A stretch of DNA of 55,870 bases from Rotaria socialis (taxonomy: Eukaryota), in the NCBI GenBank assembly GCA_905331295.1, contig CAJNYD010000064.1:1-55870 (forward strand). Direction: 5' to 3'. The notes beneath the pieces were generated by a model that was not told the DNA's origin, ran no database searches, and saw only the letters and a program-made list of their open reading frames with translations. Numbering within the stretch: position 1 is the first letter of the stretch; every line of letters starts with the position of its first letter. This document shows, piece after piece, positions 37,869-50,229 of the stretch. The position numbers and the translations under genes were made by a program.

Positions 37869-38328
37869 NNNNNNNNNNNNNNNNNNNNNNNNNNNNNNNN
37901 NNNNNNNNNNNNNNNNNNNNNNNNNNNNNNNNNNNNNNNNNNNNNNNNNNNNNNNNNNNNNNNNNNNNNNNNNNNNNNNNNNNNNNNNNNNNNNNNNNNN
38001 NNNNNNNNNNNNNNNNNNNNNNNNNNNNNNNNNNNNNNNNNNNNNNNNNNNNNNNNNNNNNNNNNNNNNNNNNNNNNNNNNNNNNNNNNNNNNNNNNNNN
38101 NNNNNNNNNNNNNNNNNNNNNNNNNNNNNNNNNNNNNNNNNNNNNNNNNNNNNNNNNNNNNNNNNNNNNNNNNNNNNNNNNNNNNNNNNNNNNNNNNNNN
38201 NNNNNNNNNNNNNNNNNNNNNNNNNNNNNNNNNNNNNNNNNNNNNNNNNNNNNNNNNNNNNNNNNNNNNNNNNNNNNNNNNNNNNNNNNNNNNNNNNNNN
38301 NNNNNNNNNNNNNNNNNNNNNNNNNNNN
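37869..38328. other. Assembly gap
   Basis: Run of N. Confidence 1.
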
Positions 38329-39776
38329 TATTTTGTCATTCAATTAGAACCAAACGAAATAAACAGAAGTATGAAATATTTCAAGCTACATCTATACAAA
38401 TTATTAAGATTAAAAACAAGAGGGTGGCATACTTACGATGAAATCCGACGGTATCCTTTTTAATCTAATTCAATCAGTTGCAGATGGAAGTATATAGTTC
38501 ATATATACATTTACAAAATGTATTTTATGCAGATGTATTTATCATTACTGGTCCCAACCCATCCCACCAAATCTGTATACAACCTATACATATTCATATG
38601 GATATAGACAGAATTGATACTGATATATAAATGACTCTTACATTATATTAAAATGTATGATATGGCTTGATAAAAACCTAAACGAAAACATCGTTTGTAT
38701 GCACATCTTTATCTACGTGCTACAAATTTATTATAGTGTGTAGTGCATTTTAAATTTCCTAGAAATAGGAATTTACCATGCTCTCTTTTAGTCAAACTCA
38801 AACCCGACTCGACTTGACGGAGTTTTAACCCATACCCGCCAGTGGATCTAATCGGGTTGCAGTACTCTAGCAGGTAGAACATGAAGCATTCAAAAAATGT
38901 CAGGTAGTTAATCGTGGCTGGAAATACTCGAATATCGTGTTTACTTTACTCACCTGTTTATTATATCCTTACTTAGATAGTATCTTGATACTGTTATAGT
39001 ATAGATCACAAAGCAGCACAATATTTCTTAAAATAATTTAGTGGTCTCATGATGAACATATAGCAAATTAGTATTAATAAATAGCAACCTTAGACTAGCG
39101 TTTTTCAGTAGGAAGTTGGAAACAAGTTTCTACTTTCAACCAAGATGAGGCATACGGCATCGTATAGGATGCTTGTAGTGTCCATTGTGGTGCAATAGTT
39201 GACGCTTTGAATAACTAGAATAATTGAACTCAACTTATAGGTTTGAAATTACATTCTACAAAATTGCAACTTCAAATTTGATACGTGAAATTTGAAACCT
39301 CCGGTGAATTCAAATTTCAATTTTTACGCATATACAAACTTCAAATCAAATGTCACTAATACTTATTTACGCATGTAAAATTAGACGTCTTGCTAATGTC
39401 ATTTGAAAACATATACTGATATATGTTGAGATTCGATAATGCTTATATTTTTCATAGGGAGAGTTTACAACAACTGATCTTGGATTTCATTTATTGTATT
39501 TTTACGGAGGACATCATCATGTTTGAAATTTTATTCTTGATATCTTCAACAGTACTTTTACCAATATCCAATTGGATGAAATGAACTATAATCCAGTTAT
39601 TAATCAATCAAATGCAGTACACTAAGTAAGATTCTTTCGTTTTATATCTTGATTTATCATCGACTTCAACACATAATAGTAAGTGTTGATTCAATTCCAC
39701 ATGTAACTGTATAAGTTAGATTTTTTTCAGAAGAAGTTTTATTCTCGCCTGAGTTCTTCTACAAAAGTCTGATATT

Positions 39777-40128
39777 AGTAAACCCCCTCCCGTTATAGAA
39801 GACCTCCTCGTATTAGAAGATCCCCTTTAATTAATTAATTTTTTGCTAATTACGAACCTTAATTAGTGTTTTTCCATCAAAATATGGCTGATTTCTAGCA
39901 TTTTAAGCTGGAAATATTAAGAGAATGTGTTCACTATTATAACGACATCTTTGAAACTCTGAAGATCGTGATGGAAATTTTGAAAATTACATTAGTTTTC
40001 TGGAAAACCTTTTAAATTAAATATTAAGAAAAATGCGGTTCTTAATAGAAGACTCACCTGGGAAATTTTTACACTGGAACATAATAGAAGGCCTGTGGTC
40101 TTTTATTGTGGGGGAGAGGGGGTTAGTG
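39777..40128. mobile_element. MITE (Tc1/pogo-like ends)
   Basis: GTAAACCCCCTCCC...TAGAAGACC versus GGTCTTTTATT...GGGGGAGAGGGGGTTAG; repeated TAGAAGA motif. Confidence 0.55.
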
Positions 40129-41023
40129 ATTATCAAACCCACTGAAATTCGTCAGCATGATATTGTTTCAGTTAAATGTTTTTCCCACTGATTTTTTATT
40201 TCTTATTGTAACACATTCTTTTTAACGCTATACAAATAAAGATTCGCATGCTCATCAGTACATATGATATAAATTTATGACCAGGTAATATTTGTATATG
40301 AAACAGATTTTTGATTCGTTATCACATTAATTTGAGATATCCTCAAATTGTATTGATGATGACGTAAACAATGATAATATCATTCAAAACTGATCTAGCA
40401 ATGGATGTAAACTTGACTATTTAATATAAAAACAAATCGAGATGCTGCACTAAATAATAGATTCTTAAAAATATTACACTTTACCACAATATAATTTGCA
40501 TATTTCGGTTAGGATGCACTGAAAATACTGGTTTCTTTTATGGAAGTATCTCAAATATTTGATCACATAATTAGAATTCTGTGCAATTGTTGATATATAT
40601 AATCTTGGCTTTACTTTCAACCTTATAAGCTTTTCTTGGTTATCGTTTAATTTTGAAGTATATTTGATACACCCTCGATGAATCTGAGTTGTGAATAATT
40701 CTGTTTTTGCATTTTTTTGCATCGCTGAACAAAACTTCATATCTATTTCTAGCGCCATTTCTGTTTGAAGAGGCTCTGAACGTTGAATCACTAATAGAGT
40801 CAATCTGTCTACCGAGTTTATAAGTTACCTNATTCGAGCAAAATGCCTATAACTACGGGCAGAAGACTGATAGGCAGTTGCCCTTTCGGAGTTTTTCATA
40901 TCTCGCTACGTTCTACTATATTCAGGAAGTCTGATCCGAAAGGCGGTTTTTCAGTTGGATATGTTCCCTCGTGATATACATTTTTTGCAATGCATTGCAA
41001 TGTCCATTATTTCGTAAAATCGG

Positions 41024-41497
41024 CTACATGGGTAATATATCTGCAGAATGGTTCAAATTATTACTAATTGAGTTATTATCAGATAAAATATTTGTAATTA
41101 AATTGTTGGAAGATATCTTCGATGATTCTCTTTTTAATTCATTACGCTTCTTAGTCAAAGCACACTTCAAAAGATTTAATTTACTTTTTACACCGGGAAA
41201 AACAGTAAATGAATTATTATTCAACTTCAAACATGTTGCTTTCTTTAAGTCAAGTAAATCATCCGAATCGAGCAATAATAGTTCAAGAGGATCTTTGCAA
41301 GCAAGTAAACAATTAAGATTAATAATATCTTGCAATTCCAACAAGTTTGCCACTTTTTCACCTGAATATTGTTTAATGAAGTCAAAAAACGTATCTCCTT
41401 TCAATTGCATAACATCCGATGGTACATTAGAATTCATTTTGAACAAGAGAAGAATAAGAAAGAAAGATGCGAACAAATTCAATAGAAAAGGGCACAA
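41024..41497 (-). pseudogene. N-terminal remnant of a larger decayed ORF, possibly transposase-associated
   Basis: Protein-like segment MNSNVPSDVMQLKGDTFFDFIKQYSGEKVANLL...; downstream sequence toward ~39000 is fragmented and carries a MITE; identity not verifiable by eye. Confidence 0.4.
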
Positions 41498-41874
41498 TAT
41501 CTTCCAAAGATGACGAAGAAAAAACTGAACATAGGAGAAGCAGGTGTATATGTTGGTTATGTAACTAGGCTAATAACGCGTTCAATTTAAAAAATCGGTA
41601 AAACCCTAGATACCTAGGTTAAACGATGTCTAAAAGATATTTATTATGTTTATCATGTTTTCTTGTTATGACGTTTTTGTAACTTCTTGAAAAATGAGCG
41701 AATATCAATATATACGTTACAACATTTAGTTTGTGCAGTATTATTTCTTAGTAGTTACCAATGCAAAAAGCTATTTTTTAATAGTATCAAAAAAAAAGCA
41801 TAACAGAAGAGTGTTTCCCTTATTTTTTTCAGTTTTTTAAATACCGTAGAAAACCATGCTCATATACAGCAAAT

Positions 41875-41960
41875 GATGATTTTAAGTGATTTCAGATGAT
41901 TTCAAATGATTTCAGATGATTTCGAGTTGATTTCAAGTGATTTCAAGTTGATTTCGACTT
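41875..41960. repeat. 10-11 bp minisatellite (GATTTCA(A/G)(G/A)T)n
   Basis: About 8 tandem units visible. Confidence 0.85.
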
Positions 41961-42097
41961 CCGAAATCAGTTTGTTCCCCCTTGGTCTTGCCTTTCCGTT
42001 CCACTATTGGAAAATCAAAGAAAAACAAACGTTTAGACAGAGTTGTAAATAGAAAAGAAAAGTATTTTTATTTTACTCTACTCTTACTTTTAACATA

Positions 42098-42145
42098 CTG
42101 AACTGAAGAAGAAGGCAGAAGCACTCCGAAACGTTTTATTAGTAA
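42098..42145 (+). ncRNA. Degenerate Penelope-type hammerhead motif
   Basis: CTGAAGA-AGAAGGCAGAAGCACTC-CGAAACGT-TTTA; stem II imperfect. Confidence 0.45.
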
Positions 42146-42316
42146 ATTGATAAATATTCGATCTTTTTAAGATCAATTCATAAAAGAAAGAGACGGAAAT
42201 TAATAAAAAATACATTTAGTATGACCTTCCTCAACCTCACAAACCCAATAAATATACTTTATATCATAATAAACATCAAATCCATTACGTAAAGATATAT
42301 GATAGGAGTTTTCAAA

Positions 42317-44467
42317 TTAACAAGTCTGTAAAAACATGGATAAACTATCCGTGCCCTTATTCGCCACGGCAAAGTCCAACTTTCTGTCATCGTTGAAGTC
42401 ACCAATAAGAACGCAAAATGGGTTTGATCCGTAACCCATCGGCATCAGAGTAACATTTGAGAACGTACCATTGCCATATCCGAGGAATATTCCCAAATTG
42501 TTAGTGCCTTGAGTGATCACGACAATATCTATTGCAGTATCGTTATTAAAATCTCCAACAGCTACAAAGTACGGATAGGATTCGGGTCCAGTAGAATATA
42601 TAGATTGATTTGTAAAACAGTCATTGCCATGCCCCAGAAAAATACTTACAGTTTGAGAGTCATAATTAGCAGCAACGATATCAGATCGACTATCGTTATT
42701 AAAATCAGCAACAGCTATAGACATGGGTGTAGAACCAGTTGAATATGTCGTTAGATTAGAAAACAAATAATTTCCATCTCCAAAAAAAATTGCGATGGTG
42801 TGAGAGCCTGAATCAGCAAGCGCAACATCCATTCGAGAATCATTATTAAAATCAGCAATCACAACCGATCGTGGTCGTGAACAATGGCCAGCAGTGAGTG
42901 CAATTCGATTCATGAAACGTATAATAATGAATCCAAGAAGGACACTCACATCGTTGCCAGCATAATTGGCGACAACGATATCCAGTTGGGTGTCATTGTT
43001 GAAATCACCAACAGATACAGACTGTGGCCAAAGGCCAGTTGAAAACGTCATTTGATTTTGAAAAGAGCCATTACCATATCCAAGAAGGACACTCACATCG
43101 GCGCCACCATAATTGGCGACAACGATATCCAGCCGAATGTCGTTGTTGAAATCACCAACAGCTACAGACTGTGGTAAAGAGCCAGTTGAAAACGTCATTT
43201 GATTTTGAAAAGAGCCATTACCATATCCAAGCAGGACACTCACACTGTTATCATAAGAATTGGCGACAACGATATCCAGTCGAGTGTCGTTGTTGAAATC
43301 ACCAACAGCTACAGAGTGAGGATAAGAGCCAGTTGAAAACGTCATTTGATTTTCAAAGCCCTCAAAAGAGCCCAAAAGAATATCAACGACGCCAGTGTGA
43401 TTTCTAACCACCAGAATATCTAGGCGATTATCTTTGTTAACATCACACAGCGCAAAGGAGATTGAAGAAAAATCTCCTGTTGAATACATCCTTGCTTGGA
43501 CAAAACTCCCATTTCCGTAACCGAGAAAGAAAGCGATATTGCCAGTGCCGTTATTGGTAACGATTAAGTCTAACAGATTATCTTGGTTGAAGTCGCCAAC
43601 ACCAATCGAGTACGGAGAAGAAGCATTAGTGGAATAGGTGACTTGCTTCCCAAACGTGCCATTGCCATTATTTAAAAATATGCCTATTTTGTTACTTCCA
43701 TAATTAGCGACAGCAATATCCTGGTAATCATCTTGATTAAAATCGCCCACTGTAATTGAGTTCGGTCGAGAACCAATGCTAGTTGAAATAGTCAGTCTGT
43801 TCGTAAAAGTCCCACTTTGATTTCCAAAAAGTATCTGAACATTGTCAGTACCAGAGTTTGAAATGATGAGATCCAAATAATTGTCATTATTGAAATCTCC
43901 AGTGGCTACAGAGGATGGAAAAGAATCATAGCCTGCCAAGTATGAAGTTGGACTCGAGAAGTTGCCATTACCGTATCCAAGCAGTATGCTTATAGTTTGG
44001 GTTCCGTAATTGGCAGTGATAATGTCGAGTGTTGTGTCGTTATTCATGTCAGAGAGGCAAATGAAAATTGGACGAGATGAGCCCATCGAAAGCTCGACAT
44101 GTTTTTCAAAGGATCCATTTCCAATTCCGAGAAATATACCGATGCTATTAGTGCCAAAATTCGCTACTGCGATGTCCAATCTACTATCGTTATTAAAATC
44201 GCCAACAGCGACTATATACGGCGTTGATCCATTGCCAGTTGGATACTGGATTGGAGTTGAAAAGGAGGTACCATTCTGTCCAAAATAAATAGCAATATCA
44301 TTGACGATATGATTGGCAACAACCATATCTGGCCAAGAGTCGTTATTGAAATCACCAACAGCGATAGATCGAGGACCATACTTGTAGTCGATGGGCTTTC
44401 GGGGTGTTTCTTTCAGCTTAAGTCCACATTTTTGAACTAAACAACACATGTAAAATAATATAAACAC
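42317..44467 (-). CDS. FG-GAP/VCBS repeat beta-propeller protein (main exon); probable upstream exons at ~44500-44560 and ~46130-46470 give a type II TM anchor
   Basis: ~14 repeats of VAVGDFNND.RLDIVVAN....VS+LLG.GNGSF; splice acceptor before VQKCG; upstream hydrophobic FGLFTLMAIIIGVVTV followed by a GT donor (that exon appears frameshifted). Confidence 0.9.
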   Translation of the reverse strand: MFILFYMCCLVQKCGLKLKETPRKPIDYKYGPRSIAVGDFNNDSWPDMVVANHIVNDIAIYFGQNGTSFSTPIQYPTGNGSTPYIVAVGDFNNDSRLDIAVANFGTNSIGIFLGIGNGSFEKHVELSMGSSRPIFICLSDMNNDTTLDIITANYGTQTISILLGYGNGNFSSPTSYLAGYDSFPSSVATGDFNNDNYLDLIISNSGTDNVQILFGNQSGTFTNRLTISTSIGSRPNSITVGDFNQDDYQDIAVANYGSNKIGIFLNNGNGTFGKQVTYSTNASSPYSIGVGDFNQDNLLDLIVTNNGTGNIAFFLGYGNGSFVQARMYSTGDFSSISFALCDVNKDNRLDILVVRNHTGVVDILLGSFEGFENQMTFSTGSYPHSVAVGDFNNDTRLDIVVANSYDNSVSVLLGYGNGSFQNQMTFSTGSLPQSVAVGDFNNDIRLDIVVANYGGADVSVLLGYGNGSFQNQMTFSTGLWPQSVSVGDFNNDTQLDIVVANYAGNDVSVLLGFIIIRFMNRIALTAGHCSRPRSVVIADFNNDSRMDVALADSGSHTIAIFFGDGNYLFSNLTTYSTGSTPMSIAVADFNNDSRSDIVAANYDSQTVSIFLGHGNDCFTNQSIYSTGPESYPYFVAVGDFNNDTAIDIVVITQGTNNLGIFLGYGNGTFSNVTLMPMGYGSNPFCVLIGDFNDDRKLDFAVANKGTDSLSMFLQTC
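42930..43370 (-). repeat. Three near-identical 147-bp tandem units within the FG-GAP gene
   Basis: TCCAAG(A/C)AGGACACTCAC at ~42932, 43079 and 43226. Confidence 0.9.
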
Positions 44468-47400
44468 TGATTGGTTGATCCCGAAAACTTATCCTACTCA
44501 TTGAGGTAGGATCTTCAACAGTTGTATACGATAGTATCTGAGAAGCTGAATCGTTACTGCACTTAGACATGAATGAAATATGTCGTCTTTTTAAAGTGAT
44601 CTCTTTTCAATTCTTAGAATTTAGAGAGATTTAGACATGTGACTTAATCTACCATATTAATTTTCTGTTCCTATTGTTTTCGACCTGCGGTATAATGTGT
44701 TGGGAAAATGCTTCATCCTCGACAATGGCAAAGAACATCAACGAACATAATGCCAGTGAAGAATGCAATGATTTGTGAAGAAATGTGGTTGTATGGGATC
44801 CTTTTGAAGCTTTCCAATATCTTTTTGTGCATACATATCGGTCAAAATCTCACTAATGGAAGAATGCTTGACATTGTTACACAATCAACTAAACATGAAA
44901 TTTATTCTGTTGACTAATCCTATCGGGACTCGAATTTGTATTTTTCCCTAATAATTACAATAACCTAATAAAAGAGTCTCTATAACAAGAAGTTAACAAT
45001 TGCAACGAGCATAAGTTCCAAAAATAGAGAACTGGATGGAGATCTGGTGATCCACTCTCTATGTGCAAGCAAAGTTTCACTATTCATCGATAGAATTTAA
45101 AATACTTTGAAGATGTTTGATTTTCTAGAAGATTTTTACTTTCAAAATAACGGAAAATCAAGACTGGTTGAAAATAATATTCGAAAATAAGTTGTGAGTT
45201 CTTAAAGAATCATATTATCAATCACGATATGTTTATGAATAATATTTTAAAAGAGCACTTGATATTATTGATTAAGAAATGAACCATGTAATAGATAATA
45301 CTCTCAGTTAAATAATTTCATATCGCGATCAAATTCAAAGAAATCTTTTCTCTAAATTTAAAGATGCCGACTCGTTTTAGTGTATCATTTATTCGGAATA
45401 ATTCAAACGTTATGTTACTAGATGGATATTAATTATTTAGTTTTATACATGGATAAAAATTTTAAAAAATCTTTCAAATAAACAAGAATGTAAATCATAT
45501 AATCTTAGATATACACATCACGTATGATATCAACTAATGAAGATTTTTCTGTATGCTTAGTGAACAAGTCTTTTGATAAACACAGGAACTGATTAAAAAG
45601 TATTGATAGATAATTGATTAGCTAATGGTTAAGTCAATTGTTTCGTTTATTGTAAAGAAATAGATGTTGTCTAGTTGTTAAATCTAATCTTACGACTAAT
45701 CCGAATACTATATATGAAAGCTTATTCATGAATGAATTAAAATGGAGAAAAGATGAAATTCGATTTTCTAGTTTATAGAAAATGCTCAAACTACTAAATT
45801 ACCTATAATACCCTAGGATATCCATGGGAGTTCGCCGTCGATATTCTAATTAGAAAGTCAAATTTCTGACAACTATCTTTCACAACGTTATCTTCTGAGG
45901 AAAAATGAAATCTGTTTTGTAAATTCATAAGAGCGTCCATAGAATATCCTTTTCCTTCCTCCATAAAATTATTTTCTATTTTACAGCGGATATATTACTG
46001 ATTCAGTCATACAGTTGTAGGCACTCAGAAATAGTCAAAAGTGTCGTATAAAGTTTCAAACAAAGCACTCCGATATGAATTTTCCTGACTTACAACAAAA
46101 ACTTCCTAAATATCTATAAAAAATAAGATACCTGTAGGATTTGGTGAGGTAAAAGAGACTGTCACTACACCAATAATAATTGCCATAAGTGTGAACAAGC
46201 CAAATGCACTCGTAGCTATTGAAGATCGATGCTTTGTCAAAAAGGTTTTATCCCTAATGAAAAGACTATAGATTGTGCAGAAGGAGAAGGAACGAAAGAG
46301 ATATACCAAGATTTTGGAGCCGCTTTTGACTTATTGATATTCTTATTAATAAGAGCAACCACCGTCGGTGAATCAGATTGCTTTTGCGTTGCATTTTCGA
46401 CATGAGGATCGTTTTCACCGCCCGTATTTTCAACTGCAATATGATCATTGACCCTGCAATCTTCGGTCATCTCTAGTAAAATAGCAATATTTAAGAAATG
46501 AAAGCTGTGAAAAAATCATCATTAGTCATTTAAATAGTTAATTTTATACAAAATACTTGTTCAGTTATCGATTCTGTTTTGCCCTTGTAGAAAATCTGGA
46601 GATTCTTGATGAATAATAAATTTTCTTCAAAAATTCAATTCAATAATTTCGAAACTCTGATCTAAGATCTTCAATGATTAAATATGAACATAGTGCTAAT
46701 AAAATATAAAGTGTACCGGAACTTAAAACATAGGTGACCATTGAAAATATTTATATAGAAGCAAGGTCCTTGCAGTATGTAACTAGCAATATATGCTTGC
46801 ATGCAAATTATAATTTACTGTTGATTAGGCTTCATCGACTAAAAAATATTTAGGAGCACAGACGTTTTTCTTCTAAATTTTTCATATCCACAACTATGGC
46901 TATTACATAGATAAACTAATTCTAGTTGATTTTGATATAGTTTTGCTTTTTGAGCTTTTTCGTTCATTAGAAATACTAATCATGAACACAACGATGCATT
47001 TTACTGTCTTATATTATTTCGAGATACTTTTATCGTCGGCTTCTGAGTTACCTAAAGATTGTATAATCGTTTTTATCCGATATCTTATAACTTCATCATT
47101 CAAAATGATTCATTTTGTAATGATTTTTCAGTCAGATAATAAAAAAAGATATGACATTTCATTCAATCAAATATAAAAGAATCTAGTAATTAGATTCGAA
47201 GAATCTTGATTATGAACTCGATCATGTTGAGAACATGATATCATTTTGGATCTTTATTTTATTTCTAATTATTTTGAGTTCTGTAAATATCAAGTACTAC
47301 TTCGTGATAAGCTTTCAATCAGAAAAGTTTTTGATCTAAACTATACCGTCTACATATACGATATAATACATGTGTCAGACACAAAAAAAGCACGGAAAAA

Positions 47401-48499
47401 AGGCAGCAGAAAAATATGAAGTCAAAAACTAAAGATGCTAAAGTTTACGGATTATTTGAGAATGCATTCAAGTTTCCGTACAATTTTGCATACGATTTAT
47501 AAATGACGATGATAATTTACGATCTAAAATTCTATATCAAATTATAACATTGTACAAAAACGTTAAACAGCTTATGCATACACTATTTACTCATCATATG
47601 TCAAGGTATTGTTTTATCTCAGTGGTATATTGAGAAAGTATTGAAAACGGATTCATCTTTATGAATCGGAATGATTCTTCTCGAACGTTTTAACTATAAT
47701 GGTGATTTCATGGGTGTTCTCTAGATTTTAAATAGAAAGCAAGATAAATAAAAATGATGATGCTTACTAAACTTCTACGTAAATGACTACCGTTTGTCTT
47801 TGCCTATAAGTATTAGTTGCAATCAAGAATAAATTTTTTTTTCTAGCCAAGGTTTTTTATACTTGCTTAGTTAAGCAGTTATATAACCTGTAAAAATAAG
47901 ATCTTGATGTAGCACAATTATCCCAGGGCACACTAATCAGATACTAAGATCCGATAAAAGCTCATAAAAGTGACGCAGTCTGTCCCAGATCGAAAAATCA
48001 TATGTAAGATCTTGCGAAACCAAATAAGATGGTACGAAAAATTGTCGTCTCTGAAATCTTACATTGAGTATTACAATAGGGCACTCGTAAAATGTTACCA
48101 TTGCATAAGATTTCCTATAATCTTATAGTCATATCCAGCGATACACTAAGTTCTTTCAAGAATCTGACAGTAATAATTCAAGTAAGATTTCAGAGACTAC
48201 AATTTTGCGTCGGATCTTACCAGATCCAGCAGTGGCAGAATTCTTCACAAGCAGAATTTAAGAATTCTGTTTTATATACCCTATACAGGAAACCTTTTAA
48301 ACGTTCCAATGAATAGAATTCTGCTTAGAATTCTGAAACCCCAGCAGAACTTTGTTTCTAGGCATGCGCTAACCTCTGCACTAAGAGCACGGTTCTTCTA
48401 AGAATTTTGTGTTCACCACAGAATTTAGTCAGAAATCTTAAGAACTCTGAATGCTTTGCAGCACTCTGTATACGTATTACTACAAGTGAACCAGACTTA

Positions 48500-48690
48500 C
48501 ACCCAACCTACAATATACACAACTGGAATCGCACTGATCGAAATCATTTTAACGCGTTTACGAATGATCAAGATCTAGTTGAAGCCTATTTGCCTCCAAT
48601 GGAAACTTACATTCGCGATGCTCAAGTTCCTTGTATTATGTGCATTCTCAATGAGATCAGCGGCATACCAACATGCGCAGATCAATTTTT
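48500..48690 (+). pseudogene. Glycoside hydrolase family 3 (beta-xylosidase/glucosidase) fragment
   Basis: NWNRTDRNHFNA...DQDLVEAYLPP...IMC..NEISGIPTCA matches the GH3 stretch W...DR..F.A.V...DL.E.YLP.F...IMCSYN.VNG.P.CA. Confidence 0.75.
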
Positions 48691-49226
48691 CATTGACAAC
48701 TTTGCTCTTGTAACACTACAAGATCGATCTGAACCCAGGATACTTGCAGGCATCTCCTATGATTTTCACCTGTTGCCAACTTGTGAAAACCCTTTAATGA
48801 TAACGCAATGATGCATGTTTTTATTATTGCGAATCTTTAAAAACATAACAAAACCAACAACAATAATTAAATTAAAAACAAATAGCAATGAAACACTTTG
48901 TGCTTTTATCACAATGAGTCGTTAAAGACATCACGAAACCAAACGCAATAATCAAATAGAACTACGAAACAACTGTTTTTATGGAATCGTTAAAAACAAA
49001 ACAGAACTAAAGTACTGTAATTGTTTACTGGATGAATTCTACTTTAGTTATGAATATTTTTTGGTTTACGTGATCGATCTTCATCTTTAAAGAGAAAGAA
49101 GAGAGGTAGCGGTCAGAGATGGTGCCACTACCTACCATACGATTACAAGAAACAAAATGTTTTGATCAGTTCGACTGTATTTTGTGAAAAACAATTTTTA
49201 ACAAGCGTTGAACTATTTGTGTTAAG

Positions 49227-49326
49227 NNNNNNNNNNNNNNNNNNNNNNNNNNNNNNNNNNNNNNNNNNNNNNNNNNNNNNNNNNNNNNNNNNNNNNNNNN
49301 NNNNNNNNNNNNNNNNNNNNNNNNNN
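49227..49326. other. Assembly gap
   Basis: Run of N. Confidence 1.
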
Positions 49327-49419
49327 CCCACACCCTACTGACACCCACACTAACACCCACACACCCAGAACCATACACACACCCCGCCGCACTCACAGCC
49401 ACACCTACACCCTCAAGAT
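49327..49419. repeat. Degenerate telomere-like (CCCACA)n tract ending in ACACCCTCAAGAT
   Basis: CCCACACCC...CACCCACAC...CCTACACCCTCAAGAT running into the gap. Confidence 0.7.
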
Positions 49420-50229
49420 ATATGGTAGTGCGGTGAGACCTGCCACCCTGGATATAATAGATGTTAATAATACTCTAATGTCCCATTTAATTCAATGCTT
49501 ATGATGATATGAGTACTGAATTCAGCAAAAAAAATGTGAAAATGAAAAATGAAGAGCGAATAGTAACAGTGGAAGCGATCAATACGACACCCGTAAGAAG
49601 AAAAAGATTTCTGCTCGAAATGCAGACATGAATACGCCAAACATTTACTTTGGGGATTGATTATCTGCGAACAGAGCTATAGTATAAGAATTTTTAGAGT
49701 TCACGTACTTTTTATTAGTTTAACAAGACCAAAGAACATATGTGATTTCCACATTTCATCTTCAGAGAAGCTGCCATAATAAGCTTTTACTCATGACCAT
49801 TTTAACTTTGTTGTCTGAAAGGTTCTGCAAGTTTCGTAGGAGTTTATGCCACCAATTCATTTTGGGAAAATCTCTGATGAGCAGTTCAAGTCATTTACTA
49901 CTTCCAAGACTCTGGAATATTTTCGTTTCGCATCTTCAATAAAATATAGTGTGTGTATGTACACTTTTGTTTACTGTCCACGAATTTCCTGATTATTGTT
50001 TGACTGAGTCGAGTTTTATAGATGAAAATGGCTGTGAGGTGGTGGATGGGTGTGAAGAGAAGAATCATAGCCACCCATGCATCCATCTGACTGGAATGCT
50101 TACATTCATTTATTTTAGATTGGAACGCCGGTCATAGTAGGCGGCATATATCCGTAGTTTGGGTTTATTTAAGATCACAGTTTACTGGATAGGTTTTTTT
50201 CAAAAAAAACGACAGCAAAGTATTTCATT

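Noticed and set aside
37819..38463. Long ORFs of X residues (also 49143-49402)
   Set aside because: Artefacts of N gaps
40971..41513. 180-aa plus-strand ORF
   Set aside because: Antisense shadow of the more protein-like minus-strand ORF
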